Virus record (IMG/VR): IMGVR_UViG_3300027969_002350
Coordinates: 26,494 to 90,493 of that record
Length of the DNA stretch: 64,000 bases
Origin: a virus
Direction: 5' to 3' (one strand)
Numbering within the stretch: the stretch's first letter is position 1; each line of letters opens with the position of its first letter. The translations under genes were made by a program, and so were the position numbers. This document shows positions 27,124-36,512 of the stretch, in pieces. The notes beneath the pieces were generated by a model. That model was not told the origin of the DNA, ran no database searches, and saw only the letters and a list, made by a program, of their open reading frames with translations.

Positions 27124-27941
27124 TTTGCAATAGTGGTCATCATACTTAAACCACATTTCATAGTCACACCATTCCTTGGAAAGTTTGTTCCGCTGTGTGC
27201 TTGGCATCTATCAAAAACAACTATGCCGCCACGCTTCCAGTTATACACCCCTTCTAATTCAAATCCATCTAACCATTCGCGCTTGAAATGACTAAAGTAG
27301 TTTTTATAATCTTCATCGCTGATTGTGCGCTTATTCCAATCTACATCCCATACTGTGCCGTCTCGATGATAACAAGGCATTCCTCGATAATCACTGATAG
27401 TATAAAATACATTTGTTTCATACTGTGGACTATTTTTAGCAAAGTTTGTTCCGTACATCATAAATCTATTCTTAAAGATAGCAGTCCCTGCCATAGGATT
27501 TTCTTCTTCTTTATTAGTATGACAAACCCATAGCGGGATAATAAACTGTTTGCCCGGAACGCTGTTACTGTCCTTTAATGTATTTGGATTTCCTGTGTCA
27601 ATATGCAAATTATAAGGTGTTGCTGTGATTAAGAAGTTGCCTTCCCATATTGTTTCATTGGTCAATTCTGGAATTACTTCTTTTAGTTTGCCAAAGAATT
27701 TATCCTGTATACGTTTATTATCTACGTTAAAGTGCAACGTTCCGTTATGCTTAACTCTGCGTGTTCGATGTTCACGATGCATTAAATCTTCTAACCAAAC
27801 TAATTCTTCTTCGTCAAATACATTATCTACAGCATAGCTACTATCACTCCAAGTACTCATCCATTTTGGATGTTCTATTGGATCTACAGGAATAAATTCT
27901 TTTACTATATTATCTCCTGGTACGTATTCTAAATTAACCAT
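27120..27941 (-). CDS. Putative 2OG-Fe(II) oxygenase-like protein
   Basis: LHIDTG...GTAIF...FDRCQAHSG...K. Confidence 0.55.
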   Translation of the reverse strand: MVNLEYVPGDNIVKEFIPVDPIEHPKWMSTWSDSSYAVDNVFDEEELVWLEDLMHREHRTRRVKHNGTLHFNVDNKRIQDKFFGKLKEVIPELTNETIWEGNFLITATPYNLHIDTGNPNTLKDSNSVPGKQFIIPLWVCHTNKEEENPMAGTAIFKNRFMMYGTNFAKNSPQYETNVFYTISDYRGMPCYHRDGTVWDVDWNKRTISDEDYKNYFSHFKREWLDGFELEGVYNWKRGGIVVFDRCQAHSGTNFPRNGVTMKCGLSMMTTIAK

Positions 27942-28689
27942 GATAATGTTCCTTTATATATTTTAATATGTAATCTGCCAAAAACTCATTGCCGTCGTGA
28001 TCCCAATGTCGACAGCTAGCTGGAGATATACCAGATTCCACTAGAAAATTATTTGCATTAATGTCATAATTTAAATCATCTTTAAATTTTATCATTGGAA
28101 TAGTATGGCCTAATTGTATTGGCTCTATTGTTTCAGGTTCGGCTAACATTTCAAAGAAATAATGTTCTATATTTAATGATTCTAATAATGTATGCATCAT
28201 TACTACTTTTCGATTAATTTCCTCGACGTCATTGGTTCTATGATGAAATGTCGAATAATATATTTCAAAAAAATGTCGTTCTCTTTTATTAAATTGATCT
28301 GCATTTTTTTTACGATCTATTGTTGTAAATTCATCTTCGGCAATTAAATTATCAAGAGTGTTAATATTGATCATCCAGCTTCCTAGTGAAATATATTTTA
28401 CATAATCATCATAACAATATATCAATTCTTTACGTGACAATTCAGTTAATGAGATTATAACTACTAAATCCGCAGTATTATTATTTTTTAAATGTTCAAA
28501 AAGTACCCTTTCTGATCTATCATTGCTGCCGCCAGGAGCTCCTAAATTGATACTATCTCTAAAGTTACCCAATCTTTCTAATTTTTTAACCCAACTTCGT
28601 TCGTGACATGTTATTGGGTCATTATCTTCTCCAAGAGTTCCAAATACATGACTACAACCTACAGCAACCAATGTCTTTCCTTCAAACAT
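27934..28689 (-). CDS. SGNH/GDSL-fold protein
   Basis: GCSH, INLG..GGSN, C-terminal HW..DG. Confidence 0.65.
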   Translation of the reverse strand: MFEGKTLVAVGCSHVFGTLGEDNDPITCHERSWVKKLERLGNFRDSINLGAPGGSNDRSERVLFEHLKNNNTADLVVIISLTELSRKELIYCYDDYVKYISLGSWMININTLDNLIAEDEFTTIDRKKNADQFNKRERHFFEIYYSTFHHRTNDVEEINRKVVMMHTLLESLNIEHYFFEMLAEPETIEPIQLGHTIPMIKFKDDLNYDINANNFLVESGISPASCRHWDHDGNEFLADYILKYIKEHYHG

Positions 28690-29386
28690 TTTTCATTTCC
28701 TTTATGCGATTATAAAATAATTCTGCTAAGAATTGATGTGCATCATGATCGAAATGTCCAGTATAATCTGGAACATACCCTTGTTCCATAATATAACGGA
28801 TTGCATTAGTTGCATCACCGTATTTGTTTTTAAAATTTAGTAATGGTAATTTAATTCCAAATGGATTATCGACAATGCTACCACCATGGCAATGTAATTC
28901 TATAAAATAATGTTCTATATTAAATTTGTTTAAAAATGTATTTAAGAATAATAGTGTTCTATTAATCATAACTGTTTCGTATTGTGTACTATGAAATTTT
29001 CCATATAAAATTTCCATAAAGGTTATTTCTTTAGGATCACTTGTAAATTCTTTATTAACACTCCAGGGACCAAACGGTTTCATTGTATAGAAATGAGTGA
29101 ATGTTTGATCTGGTAATGGAATTTCAAATCTAGATAAATCGGTTAAGCCGAATGCAATAACTAAATTTGAAACTTCGTGTGTTTCTAAGTATTCCATCAA
29201 TACACGTTCAGAGCGTTGATTGCTTGCTCCTTCTAATGATAGATTGATACTGTTTTTAAAATTTCCTATATTCTCTAATTTTTTGACCCAACTGCGTTCA
29301 TGACAACTTAATGGATTAATATCCTCACCTAGCGGAGCAAATGTATGACTACACCCAACTCCTAGTAGTGTCTTACCTTCAAACAT
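28682..29386 (-). CDS. SGNH/GDSL-fold protein (tandem paralog of the preceding gene)
   Basis: GCSH, INLS..GASN, GHFDHDAH. Confidence 0.65.
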   Translation of the reverse strand: MFEGKTLLGVGCSHTFAPLGEDINPLSCHERSWVKKLENIGNFKNSINLSLEGASNQRSERVLMEYLETHEVSNLVIAFGLTDLSRFEIPLPDQTFTHFYTMKPFGPWSVNKEFTSDPKEITFMEILYGKFHSTQYETVMINRTLLFLNTFLNKFNIEHYFIELHCHGGSIVDNPFGIKLPLLNFKNKYGDATNAIRYIMEQGYVPDYTGHFDHDAHQFLAELFYNRIKEMKNV

Positions 29387-30779
29387 CTTTAAAAATATCT
29401 TTCATCTCTGGGAAGGTAGTATAAAAATTAGTACCTCGCTGTTTATCTAATAGCTCTAAGTATTCTTTCATTTCTGGCAAACGCACACTCCAGTCTTCAC
29501 TCTTAGCAAATTTAACCATACCGCGAAGACGATCTATACCGTAATCTGCATTTAACCATTGTTCTTCAGTTACTTTACCTTGATGCCATGCTGGCACGCC
29601 TTTTTGCCAATTAGCTTTCCACCACGGAATAAACTCTTCGTACTTGCGTTCAATCTCATCTTTAAACCATGCTGGCAATATCTTAACATTTAAATGTGGT
29701 GGATGATAAACAAAGTGATAGTTAATGCCGCCAGCACCAAATGGCCACATGTTAATCTTCTTAAAGCCATGTTCTAGCTTCCACTTTAAAAACTCTGGGA
29801 TATAATAAATGTTCAGTGCTTGCACGGCACAGGCAATTGATATCTCTACATTTTTTCCTGTCTCGTTATCTAACTGTCTAAATGCTTCTAAGTTTCTTTC
29901 CCACTTACTTGGATAACGAATATAATCATTACGTTCTTCTATAGCATCAACACTATAGTGATAACGAACTAGTTTAAAATGACTCCATAATTCAAATAAA
30001 TCTTCACGCCACTCGACACCATTGCTGTTATAACGTATTTCCATGTCCTTGGCATAGCCACGCTTAATACATTCTTCTAGAATAGCATAATGCTCTTCAA
30101 TGATTAAAGGCTCGCCTCCAGCAAAGTAAAGCTGTTTCATATTAGGAATCTGTTCCCATAACTGTTCCCAGAATTGAGGATTGCTCTTATGCCAATTATA
30201 ACTGGCACCGTTCTCTTGTCCTTTGTTACCCCATTGCATACTATCTTTAAGTACAGGATTAGTAACGTTAGGATACATCTTTTGCCATTCAGGAACCCAT
30301 AAACTACTATCATGCGGACTACACATCACACATGCCAGGTTACATTTAGTACCAAACCTCATGTCAATATAAGCAATATGCGGGGGGACGCTACCGTCTT
30401 CTTGGGTGTCTTCTAATAGTTTGTCTAGATCGACACGTTGGCTCCAGTATTTTGTTTCCCATTCACGTTTAGATTTATGTCCTTCACGTTCTTCCTTGTA
30501 ACACTTAGTACAGCTATCTGGTTCTTCACCTGCTAGCATTTTAAGTCTTGTATTCTTCATGTAGTCATTATTCCAACTACTTAGAAAGTCTGTGTGATTT
30601 AAATTTGCGGGTTTACCATCGGCATTTTTGAGAATACCGACTTCGCCGCCATGAATTTTGTCGTTTGTTGGGCCTACTGAACTTGCATTGGCGGTACAGC
30701 AGACTCGCATATGTCCGTTGGGTCGTGTGCTTAAATGTACCCACGGAAGGATACAAAATGTTTTACTTGGAGTTGTCAT
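29379..30779 (-). CDS. Radical SAM protein with N-terminal twitch-like domain
   Basis: FCILPW..VCC..CTKC; CNLACVMC; GGEP. Confidence 0.92.
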   Translation of the reverse strand: MTTPSKTFCILPWVHLSTRPNGHMRVCCTANASSVGPTNDKIHGGEVGILKNADGKPANLNHTDFLSSWNNDYMKNTRLKMLAGEEPDSCTKCYKEEREGHKSKREWETKYWSQRVDLDKLLEDTQEDGSVPPHIAYIDMRFGTKCNLACVMCSPHDSSLWVPEWQKMYPNVTNPVLKDSMQWGNKGQENGASYNWHKSNPQFWEQLWEQIPNMKQLYFAGGEPLIIEEHYAILEECIKRGYAKDMEIRYNSNGVEWREDLFELWSHFKLVRYHYSVDAIEERNDYIRYPSKWERNLEAFRQLDNETGKNVEISIACAVQALNIYYIPEFLKWKLEHGFKKINMWPFGAGGINYHFVYHPPHLNVKILPAWFKDEIERKYEEFIPWWKANWQKGVPAWHQGKVTEEQWLNADYGIDRLRGMVKFAKSEDWSVRLPEMKEYLELLDKQRGTNFYTTFPEMKDIFKDV

Positions 30780-30784
30780 ACTAG

Positions 30785-30821
30785 TATTTAATCAACAAAG
30801 CCGGATAGACCTGTTGATTAA
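30785..30821 (-). promoter_or_regulatory. Late promoter TTAAATA overlapping a 10-bp inverted repeat
   Basis: TTAAATA-ctagt-ATG; TTAATCAACA (30788-30797) and TGTTGATTAA (30812-30821). Confidence 0.5.
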
Positions 30822-30828
30822 GAAATTA

Positions 30829-31146
30829 TTAATCTTTTCCTTGTTGCTGTACTTTACGGACAAAAGGATGTTTCGGAGAGTCGGTGCCACAGGTATCTAG
30901 ACAAGTCGAAAATGGTTCGTCTGTATCAAAAGAGTCTTTTAATTTATCGTATGCTTTGATAATATCTTCTTTAGCATTAGTAATAAAAATTCTTTTATAG
31001 TCCTCCCCTAAAAACTTTTCTAAGGCATTGTGGCGTCTCTTTGTACTTACTAACCAGCAACAAGGTGCAACTAAGCCAGTAAACTCAATAAAAACACCCG
31101 GATGTTTAACGCAAAACGGATTTACTTTTTTGTTGGTTGAATTCAT
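30829..31146 (-). CDS. Stand-alone SPASM-like Fe-S domain
   Basis: PFC...GLVAPCCW...CLDTC matches the C-termini of neighbouring radical SAMs; GAGG RBS. Confidence 0.75.
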   Translation of the reverse strand: MNSTNKKVNPFCVKHPGVFIEFTGLVAPCCWLVSTKRRHNALEKFLGEDYKRIFITNAKEDIIKAYDKLKDSFDTDEPFSTCLDTCGTDSPKHPFVRKVQQQGKD

Positions 31147-31777
31147 TTTCTATTTCCTCAAATGGGCGACTAGGTGCTAACCAATCATTTCCTCCCGGTA
31201 CAACAACTAATGCATGTTGTAATTCAAAACCTATTCCTAATTCAATACTTTTTTCATAAGCATCCATGATCGTATTTTCATTAAATGAAAATACGATATG
31301 TTTCCATTTAATTCTAGCTTTTTTAACTTTTGTATTATTGACTTTGACACATGATTTAATAGCGGTTTCAACATCTTCCCATTCTGAATTAACTCGATAT
31401 TGCATATAGTTTTCCGGACTGCCGTCTATACTAAAGAACAACAAATCATGTTCATTAAATTCAGCCATTAACCTTTCCCACCACTCTGCAGATTTGCCTG
31501 AGCCGTTGGTATGTGTTATAATTTGACAAGTAGGATGTGCTTGTTTAACTGAGCGCACTAGTCCAATAAAATCTTTACTGTATATTGGATCTCCCCAATT
31601 ACCGCAAAACGTAATAACTTCTGGATTGCAGCCAAGCAAGAATTCTTTGAAATATTCAATATCCATATCAAACATATTGTGAATATACTTGTTATGCGGT
31701 GTTGTTCTTGTACATTCTAAACAAAGCAATCTACATCGGTTTGTTAATCCAACATGTAAGCATGTAAAATCAATCAT
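31106..31777 (-). CDS. Radical SAM core lacking its SPASM domain (split gene)
   Basis: CRLLCLEC, GNWGDP, HTNGS, FSIDG; only 223 aa. Confidence 0.82.
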   Translation of the reverse strand: MIDFTCLHVGLTNRCRLLCLECTRTTPHNKYIHNMFDMDIEYFKEFLLGCNPEVITFCGNWGDPIYSKDFIGLVRSVKQAHPTCQIITHTNGSGKSAEWWERLMAEFNEHDLLFFSIDGSPENYMQYRVNSEWEDVETAIKSCVKVNNTKVKKARIKWKHIVFSFNENTIMDAYEKSIELGIGFELQHALVVVPGGNDWLAPSRPFEEIENEFNQQKSKSVLR

Positions 31778-31786
31778 ATAATTTCC

Positions 31787-32854
31787 TTATATTAAAGTAT
31801 AGTTACCTATCGGTAATACTTCTAGTTTTTTCACATTGCATACTTCAGTGCAACGATGAATACGATCAATTTTATTTATACCGTGTTCTTTTGATTGCCA
31901 ACTACTAACTAAGTTGTCTGTGTAAAATTCGTGTGCTAGTATTTCTTCAACAGAATATTTAGTCAGGTCGTTCCAGTCATTACTGCCATACGATTCAAAT
32001 AATCGTTGTTGTAAAATTTCTGCTCGGCCACGATCCATGTTCATAAACCCATTGTGTAAAAAACAGCAGGGCCATAGCTTACTATCAAAACCAATGAAAT
32101 ACATTTTCTTTGTTTGATTATTACATTGTATTTCATTATCTACTGAATCTTTAAATGCTTCATTAACTGAGTCGATGGTACTTTTATAATCTTTGCGCTT
32201 TATATTATCTACTTTAATTTTTTGAATTAATTGTAAACCTAGACTAGTTGCCACGCTTCTATCATGTCTGCTCATAAACTCTTTAAACTGCATCTTAACA
32301 CTTAATGCTTTTGCATCCATAATCTGATGCTCATTCCAAGGGAATATTAAATATTGCCAGCCTGCATTGCCTCCTGCGCCAATAAAAGCATTTGCATTTT
32401 CTATAATCTTAGACCATGTAGTATTTTGTCTGTATATATGATTAGTATCTTCCATGCCATCAATACTAAATTTAACCATATGTCTGTCATGCTTCTTTAG
32501 CACTTGAGCTAATTTAGTCCAGTATTTTACACTACGTAAGCTGGCATTTGTATGAATTATAATATTGTATTTGCCCACAGTACTTGCAAAATCTAAGAAA
32601 TCTAAAAATTCAGGATGCATTAAAGGATCGTCGATTGTTCCACAAAACTCTAACTCGATGACTGATTTAAATTCTGGTGCTAGTAAAATCTTTTTGAATG
32701 TTTCAAATTTAATATATTCTTTATCAGGAATAACATATTTCTTTTCATTGAACGAATTACCGTCTGTTCTAACACAGCCCAGACATAGTGCATTGCACAT
32801 GCTACTAAGTTCGAATTGTAGCTTGGTGGCCGCGGATAGATATGTATTATTCAT
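31787..32854 (-). CDS. Radical SAM protein with C-terminal SPASM-like domain
   Basis: CNALCLGC, GTIDDP, HTNAS; WPCC...CTEVC. Confidence 0.9.
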   Translation of the reverse strand: MNNTYLSAATKLQFELSSMCNALCLGCVRTDGNSFNEKKYVIPDKEYIKFETFKKILLAPEFKSVIELEFCGTIDDPLMHPEFLDFLDFASTVGKYNIIIHTNASLRSVKYWTKLAQVLKKHDRHMVKFSIDGMEDTNHIYRQNTTWSKIIENANAFIGAGGNAGWQYLIFPWNEHQIMDAKALSVKMQFKEFMSRHDRSVATSLGLQLIQKIKVDNIKRKDYKSTIDSVNEAFKDSVDNEIQCNNQTKKMYFIGFDSKLWPCCFLHNGFMNMDRGRAEILQQRLFESYGSNDWNDLTKYSVEEILAHEFYTDNLVSSWQSKEHGINKIDRIHRCTEVCNVKKLEVLPIGNYTLI

Positions 32855-33818
32855 AATTAAGTTCTTTTGGTATTAACACATCAGCAGTACACATGCACCA
32901 ATCTTCTTTACATTTTACTGACTGTGTTAGCAGGCCACTAAAATTAAAAATACTAGTAAATGGTTTTAATTGTGCTGTTCTGCATGTTGCCATATATATA
33001 GAACCAGTATCATCTACATATATATGATCCATGCCCATATTACAGTCCCATCCTTTAAATTTATTTGTTCTATTGTTAACGGCTTCTACTTCGTCAAATC
33101 TAGAAACAACATCAAATTCGTCTTTAATAAAAGTATTACCATAATAGTTATGAATAGGTGCAGGTTTAATTGCTCCACGAATGTTCAATCCTGTATTTGC
33201 AGATAACCAACTTAATTGTTCGGTATTATATTCATAACTAATAGATAGTCCACTTTGATTGTTGTTTCTTTGAAATACCCTACTAGGTTCTAACGTTATG
33301 TTAGGCATATCTTTAAGTCTTTCAAATGCATCTACACTTTTTTCCCAGTAAGGAGAAACTGGATACATTAAAGTAACTATGCCGATATTAGTTTGTGTGC
33401 CAATGAATCTAATTTTTTCAAATATTTCTTCATCTGCACTTTCTGGGTGATAGCTAATTGTAACTTTATAAATTTTAGGGGCATATTCCCTCCACCATTC
33501 TATGCTTCTACTTCCGTTTGTATTAACATATACACACCAACCAGCTTCATTACAAAAATCAATAATTGTTTCTAAACTGGGACTAATAGTAGGTTCACCA
33601 CCATTTACAAATACATGTACGCTTCTTCCGATAACTTCTTTTTGTATGTTGGTAAGAAATTTTTTAATTATTACAGGATCTTCTTGTTTACTTTTAAAAA
33701 CATTTGTACCTGTGTGGAGGGATGGCGGACAATAGCTACAATGATACGTGCAAAGAGTATTCAATGTCCAATCAATAATAAATCGATTTGTCTCATTGTA
33801 AATTTTAATAGTTTTCAT
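32847..33818 (-). CDS. Radical SAM protein (paralog of 17160-18326)
   Basis: CTYHCSYC, GGEPT, TNGSR; C-terminal GWDC..G...C...C...CMC.AD..IPK. Confidence 0.9.
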   Translation of the reverse strand: MKTIKIYNETNRFIIDWTLNTLCTYHCSYCPPSLHTGTNVFKSKQEDPVIIKKFLTNIQKEVIGRSVHVFVNGGEPTISPSLETIIDFCNEAGWCVYVNTNGSRSIEWWREYAPKIYKVTISYHPESADEEIFEKIRFIGTQTNIGIVTLMYPVSPYWEKSVDAFERLKDMPNITLEPSRVFQRNNNQSGLSISYEYNTEQLSWLSANTGLNIRGAIKPAPIHNYYGNTFIKDEFDVVSRFDEVEAVNNRTNKFKGWDCNMGMDHIYVDDTGSIYMATCRTAQLKPFTSIFNFSGLLTQSVKCKEDWCMCTADVLIPKELNYE

Positions 33819-34987
33819 TTAAATTGTTCTTTAAAGGCATCGTATTTAGTACCACATGTCTTGGCACAAACTGCTAACTTACCTTCTGCACAACTGGGCT
33901 TAGTCCACGATCCTGGAACAACTTCTTGGATGAATTTGCCGTTGATAACATCATTTAAATCGTGTACACGCAGATCTAAACTGTCAAGGCCTGCACTATC
34001 AATAGCATCCCAAATTTGGCCGCCGCGTTCTTTCCAATACCAAACATACATCTGCCCAGCTGTCCAACAACATGGCTGTAGATATCCTTCTGCTGTAATG
34101 TAAATGCTTTTTTCTTCAGCAACTTTACATTTAACTTCAACAGAGTCCCAGTACTTTTCCATGTCTTTTTTCTTATCAAGATCTAAATTAAATTTCTGGC
34201 TACCTATTTTACCTTCAAGTTCTGCTACAGTTGAAATAAAATCAATTTTAACTTCACCTTTGTCTTTACTTAAACTTTCTAATTGCTTTAATGCGGCATT
34301 TTGATATTCGGGATTCTTAGGCATACTTAACAACGTAGTTTCGTTGCCTTTACGATTTCCTGCTTGATGTTCTGCTTTAACTGCACCTCTAGTATTGCTA
34401 AAGAACCTATTGGACTTTTTGACATTAAACTTTTCAAAGCCCATGCTAGTTGCTAATGCTCTAGCTTCTTCAACTTGATGTTCGTTATGTCCAAATACAA
34501 TATAGTCCCAACGAGCTCTACCGCCGGCGGCTATAAAGGCTTCTGCATTACGCATAATGTTTTTCCATACCGTGCCTTGTCGATACAAGTGATTAGTATC
34601 TTCTAAGCCGTCTACACTGAATACAACATAATGACTTTTACCCATAGCGGCAGGCAACTTACTCCACCATTCAGGAGTTTTAGCACTGGCATTTGTGTGA
34701 AAGCTCAATTGCATTTTAGCATTGTGGCTGCGAATATATTCAAATATCTCTAATGTATCTCTGGCACTAATTGGGTCACCATAGTTGCCGCACATATACA
34801 ATCGTTTTAATTGTTTGATGAATTTAGGTTTTAGTATTGTTTTAACATCATCTAAGCTAAGTTCAGCGTCATGTAATTGTGGATTAACTTCGCCGCCATT
34901 GATGTTTCTAGCACATTGAGGACAACTAGCATTACAGCGTTCTGTAACTTCTAAGTGAACTGTGGCGATTTCATTAGCTTTATACAT
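33815..34987 (-). CDS. Radical SAM protein with C-terminal SPASM-like domain
   Basis: CNASCPQC, GNYGDP, HTNAS; QPCCW...CAKTC. Confidence 0.92.
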   Translation of the reverse strand: MYKANEIATVHLEVTERCNASCPQCARNINGGEVNPQLHDAELSLDDVKTILKPKFIKQLKRLYMCGNYGDPISARDTLEIFEYIRSHNAKMQLSFHTNASAKTPEWWSKLPAAMGKSHYVVFSVDGLEDTNHLYRQGTVWKNIMRNAEAFIAAGGRARWDYIVFGHNEHQVEEARALATSMGFEKFNVKKSNRFFSNTRGAVKAEHQAGNRKGNETTLLSMPKNPEYQNAALKQLESLSKDKGEVKIDFISTVAELEGKIGSQKFNLDLDKKKDMEKYWDSVEVKCKVAEEKSIYITAEGYLQPCCWTAGQMYVWYWKERGGQIWDAIDSAGLDSLDLRVHDLNDVINGKFIQEVVPGSWTKPSCAEGKLAVCAKTCGTKYDAFKEQFK

Positions 34988-35838
34988 TATTTGATACCAT
35001 AGATCATAAATCTTTTATATTTGGGAAAAGCTGTTTCTCCCCTAAAATGAACTATATTTAATGGGTATTTTTTTAAAAAAACTCCAAAATTTTCACAATA
35101 GTTTATATGGTCGTATTCGGGACTACTATTTGATTGTATTAAAACTGTAGTACCTGGTTTTAACTTTTCAAACCAAACATTACTCATATGCTCTGCACTT
35201 GTGTTAATAATTAAATCAGGATTTAAAATACTATTATTAAAAATAATATTGTTATTTGCATCAAACGCTTCTTCCATAGTTCTGTTATCAACTTGTGCAT
35301 TTGAATTTATAATTTTAACTAATGGATTAATACTACTGTCTGGATCTATACTGTATAGATTGGAATATGTAATATCTTTTAAAAATAAACTATGATGTGT
35401 AAGCCAGCCGCCAATTAACAATACATTATCAAAATTTAATTTAAATTTATTTAATGTTTCTGCCATCCAAAGTTTACTTAGGATTTGACTTTTACTAAAG
35501 ACCGTTGCAATTATATCATTATTTAACAATGTAATATTGTGCAATTTTTTCAACACTACATCATTGGGCCATATAGAAGTCATAATATAGATTAATTCAC
35601 TGGTAACTAGTTTATCTTCAGCGCATATGTTAGTATAAAAATTTAAACGTTCGTTTCTGTTTAAGTTTGAATACAATTCATAATCGCTAGCAATCAAATC
35701 TTTTAACGGCCATGTTTTTAATTTAGGCTCAGAATATTTCATATTAATAATATGACGTATAAAGTTTTTCTTTTCTGGTTCATTAATAAAGTTAAAAAAC
35801 TTTTCAATTCCAAAAAGCCAAGAGAGTTGATCATCCAT
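34987..35838 (-). CDS. Class I SAM-dependent methyltransferase-like protein
   Basis: VLLIGGW (motif I-like), SIDPD, DLIINTSAEHM. Confidence 0.65.
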   Translation of the reverse strand: MDDQLSWLFGIEKFFNFINEPEKKNFIRHIINMKYSEPKLKTWPLKDLIASDYELYSNLNRNERLNFYTNICAEDKLVTSELIYIMTSIWPNDVVLKKLHNITLLNNDIIATVFSKSQILSKLWMAETLNKFKLNFDNVLLIGGWLTHHSLFLKDITYSNLYSIDPDSSINPLVKIINSNAQVDNRTMEEAFDANNNIIFNNSILNPDLIINTSAEHMSNVWFEKLKPGTTVLIQSNSSPEYDHINYCENFGVFLKKYPLNIVHFRGETAFPKYKRFMIYGIK

Positions 35839-36511
35839 TTAAACCCGTCCATTCTGTAAATTTACCACGTAGCCATTTAAAATTATTTACTAAAGTAAAA
35901 TCTGCATTTTCTTCTTTAGTGTATGCAACACCTTGTCTTGCACCTTGTATAGCAAAGTATCCATACTGCGTTTCTATACCTGCTTCGCACCACATAGTTA
36001 ACCGTTCTTGACTTTCTTGATCATTATTATTTTTATTAATACCAGCACTAAGTTTAACTGCTTCACGAAATGCTGTTCTCCACGTACTGTATGGATTATA
36101 ATTAAACCTATGCTCTGTGGCTAGTATGTTTAACTTAATATAACTATCAGCAAGTGTAGTAGTCATATCAGGTCGGTCTAAGCGTTCTGCACTAAAACAA
36201 TCCTTACTAAATAATTTAATACCACCGTGTCCATATATTAAACCATTAATGGGATTTTTACTGCGAAATACCGCGACACTCTTTGGCGTTAGTTCTATTT
36301 GTTTATCAAATGTAAAACTATCTACTATCCACGAGTCAGCATCTACTACATAGAATCTATCGCCTTCACAGAGACCGGCTATGTGTTTATGACTTTCAAA
36401 TATATTCCCTACTGCGGCAACTGCTTGAGCATTGTCAGTTTTAGATTGCAGTCGTTCCCAATTATCATTGAGATTGCTTTCATCAGAATATAAAAAATAA
36501 ACAGGTAACAT
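35831..36511 (-). CDS. Putative glycosyltransferase (GT-A-like, VDAD family)
   Basis: FLYSDE, VVDAD, NGLIYGHGGIKL, AFREAVKL. Confidence 0.6.
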   Translation of the reverse strand: MLPVYFLYSDESNLNDNWERLQSKTDNAQAVAAVGNIFESHKHIAGLCEGDRFYVVDADSWIVDSFTFDKQIELTPKSVAVFRSKNPINGLIYGHGGIKLFSKDCFSAERLDRPDMTTTLADSYIKLNILATEHRFNYNPYSTWRTAFREAVKLSAGINKNNNDQESQERLTMWCEAGIETQYGYFAIQGARQGVAYTKEENADFTLVNNFKWLRGKFTEWTGLNG

Positions 36512-36512
36512 T

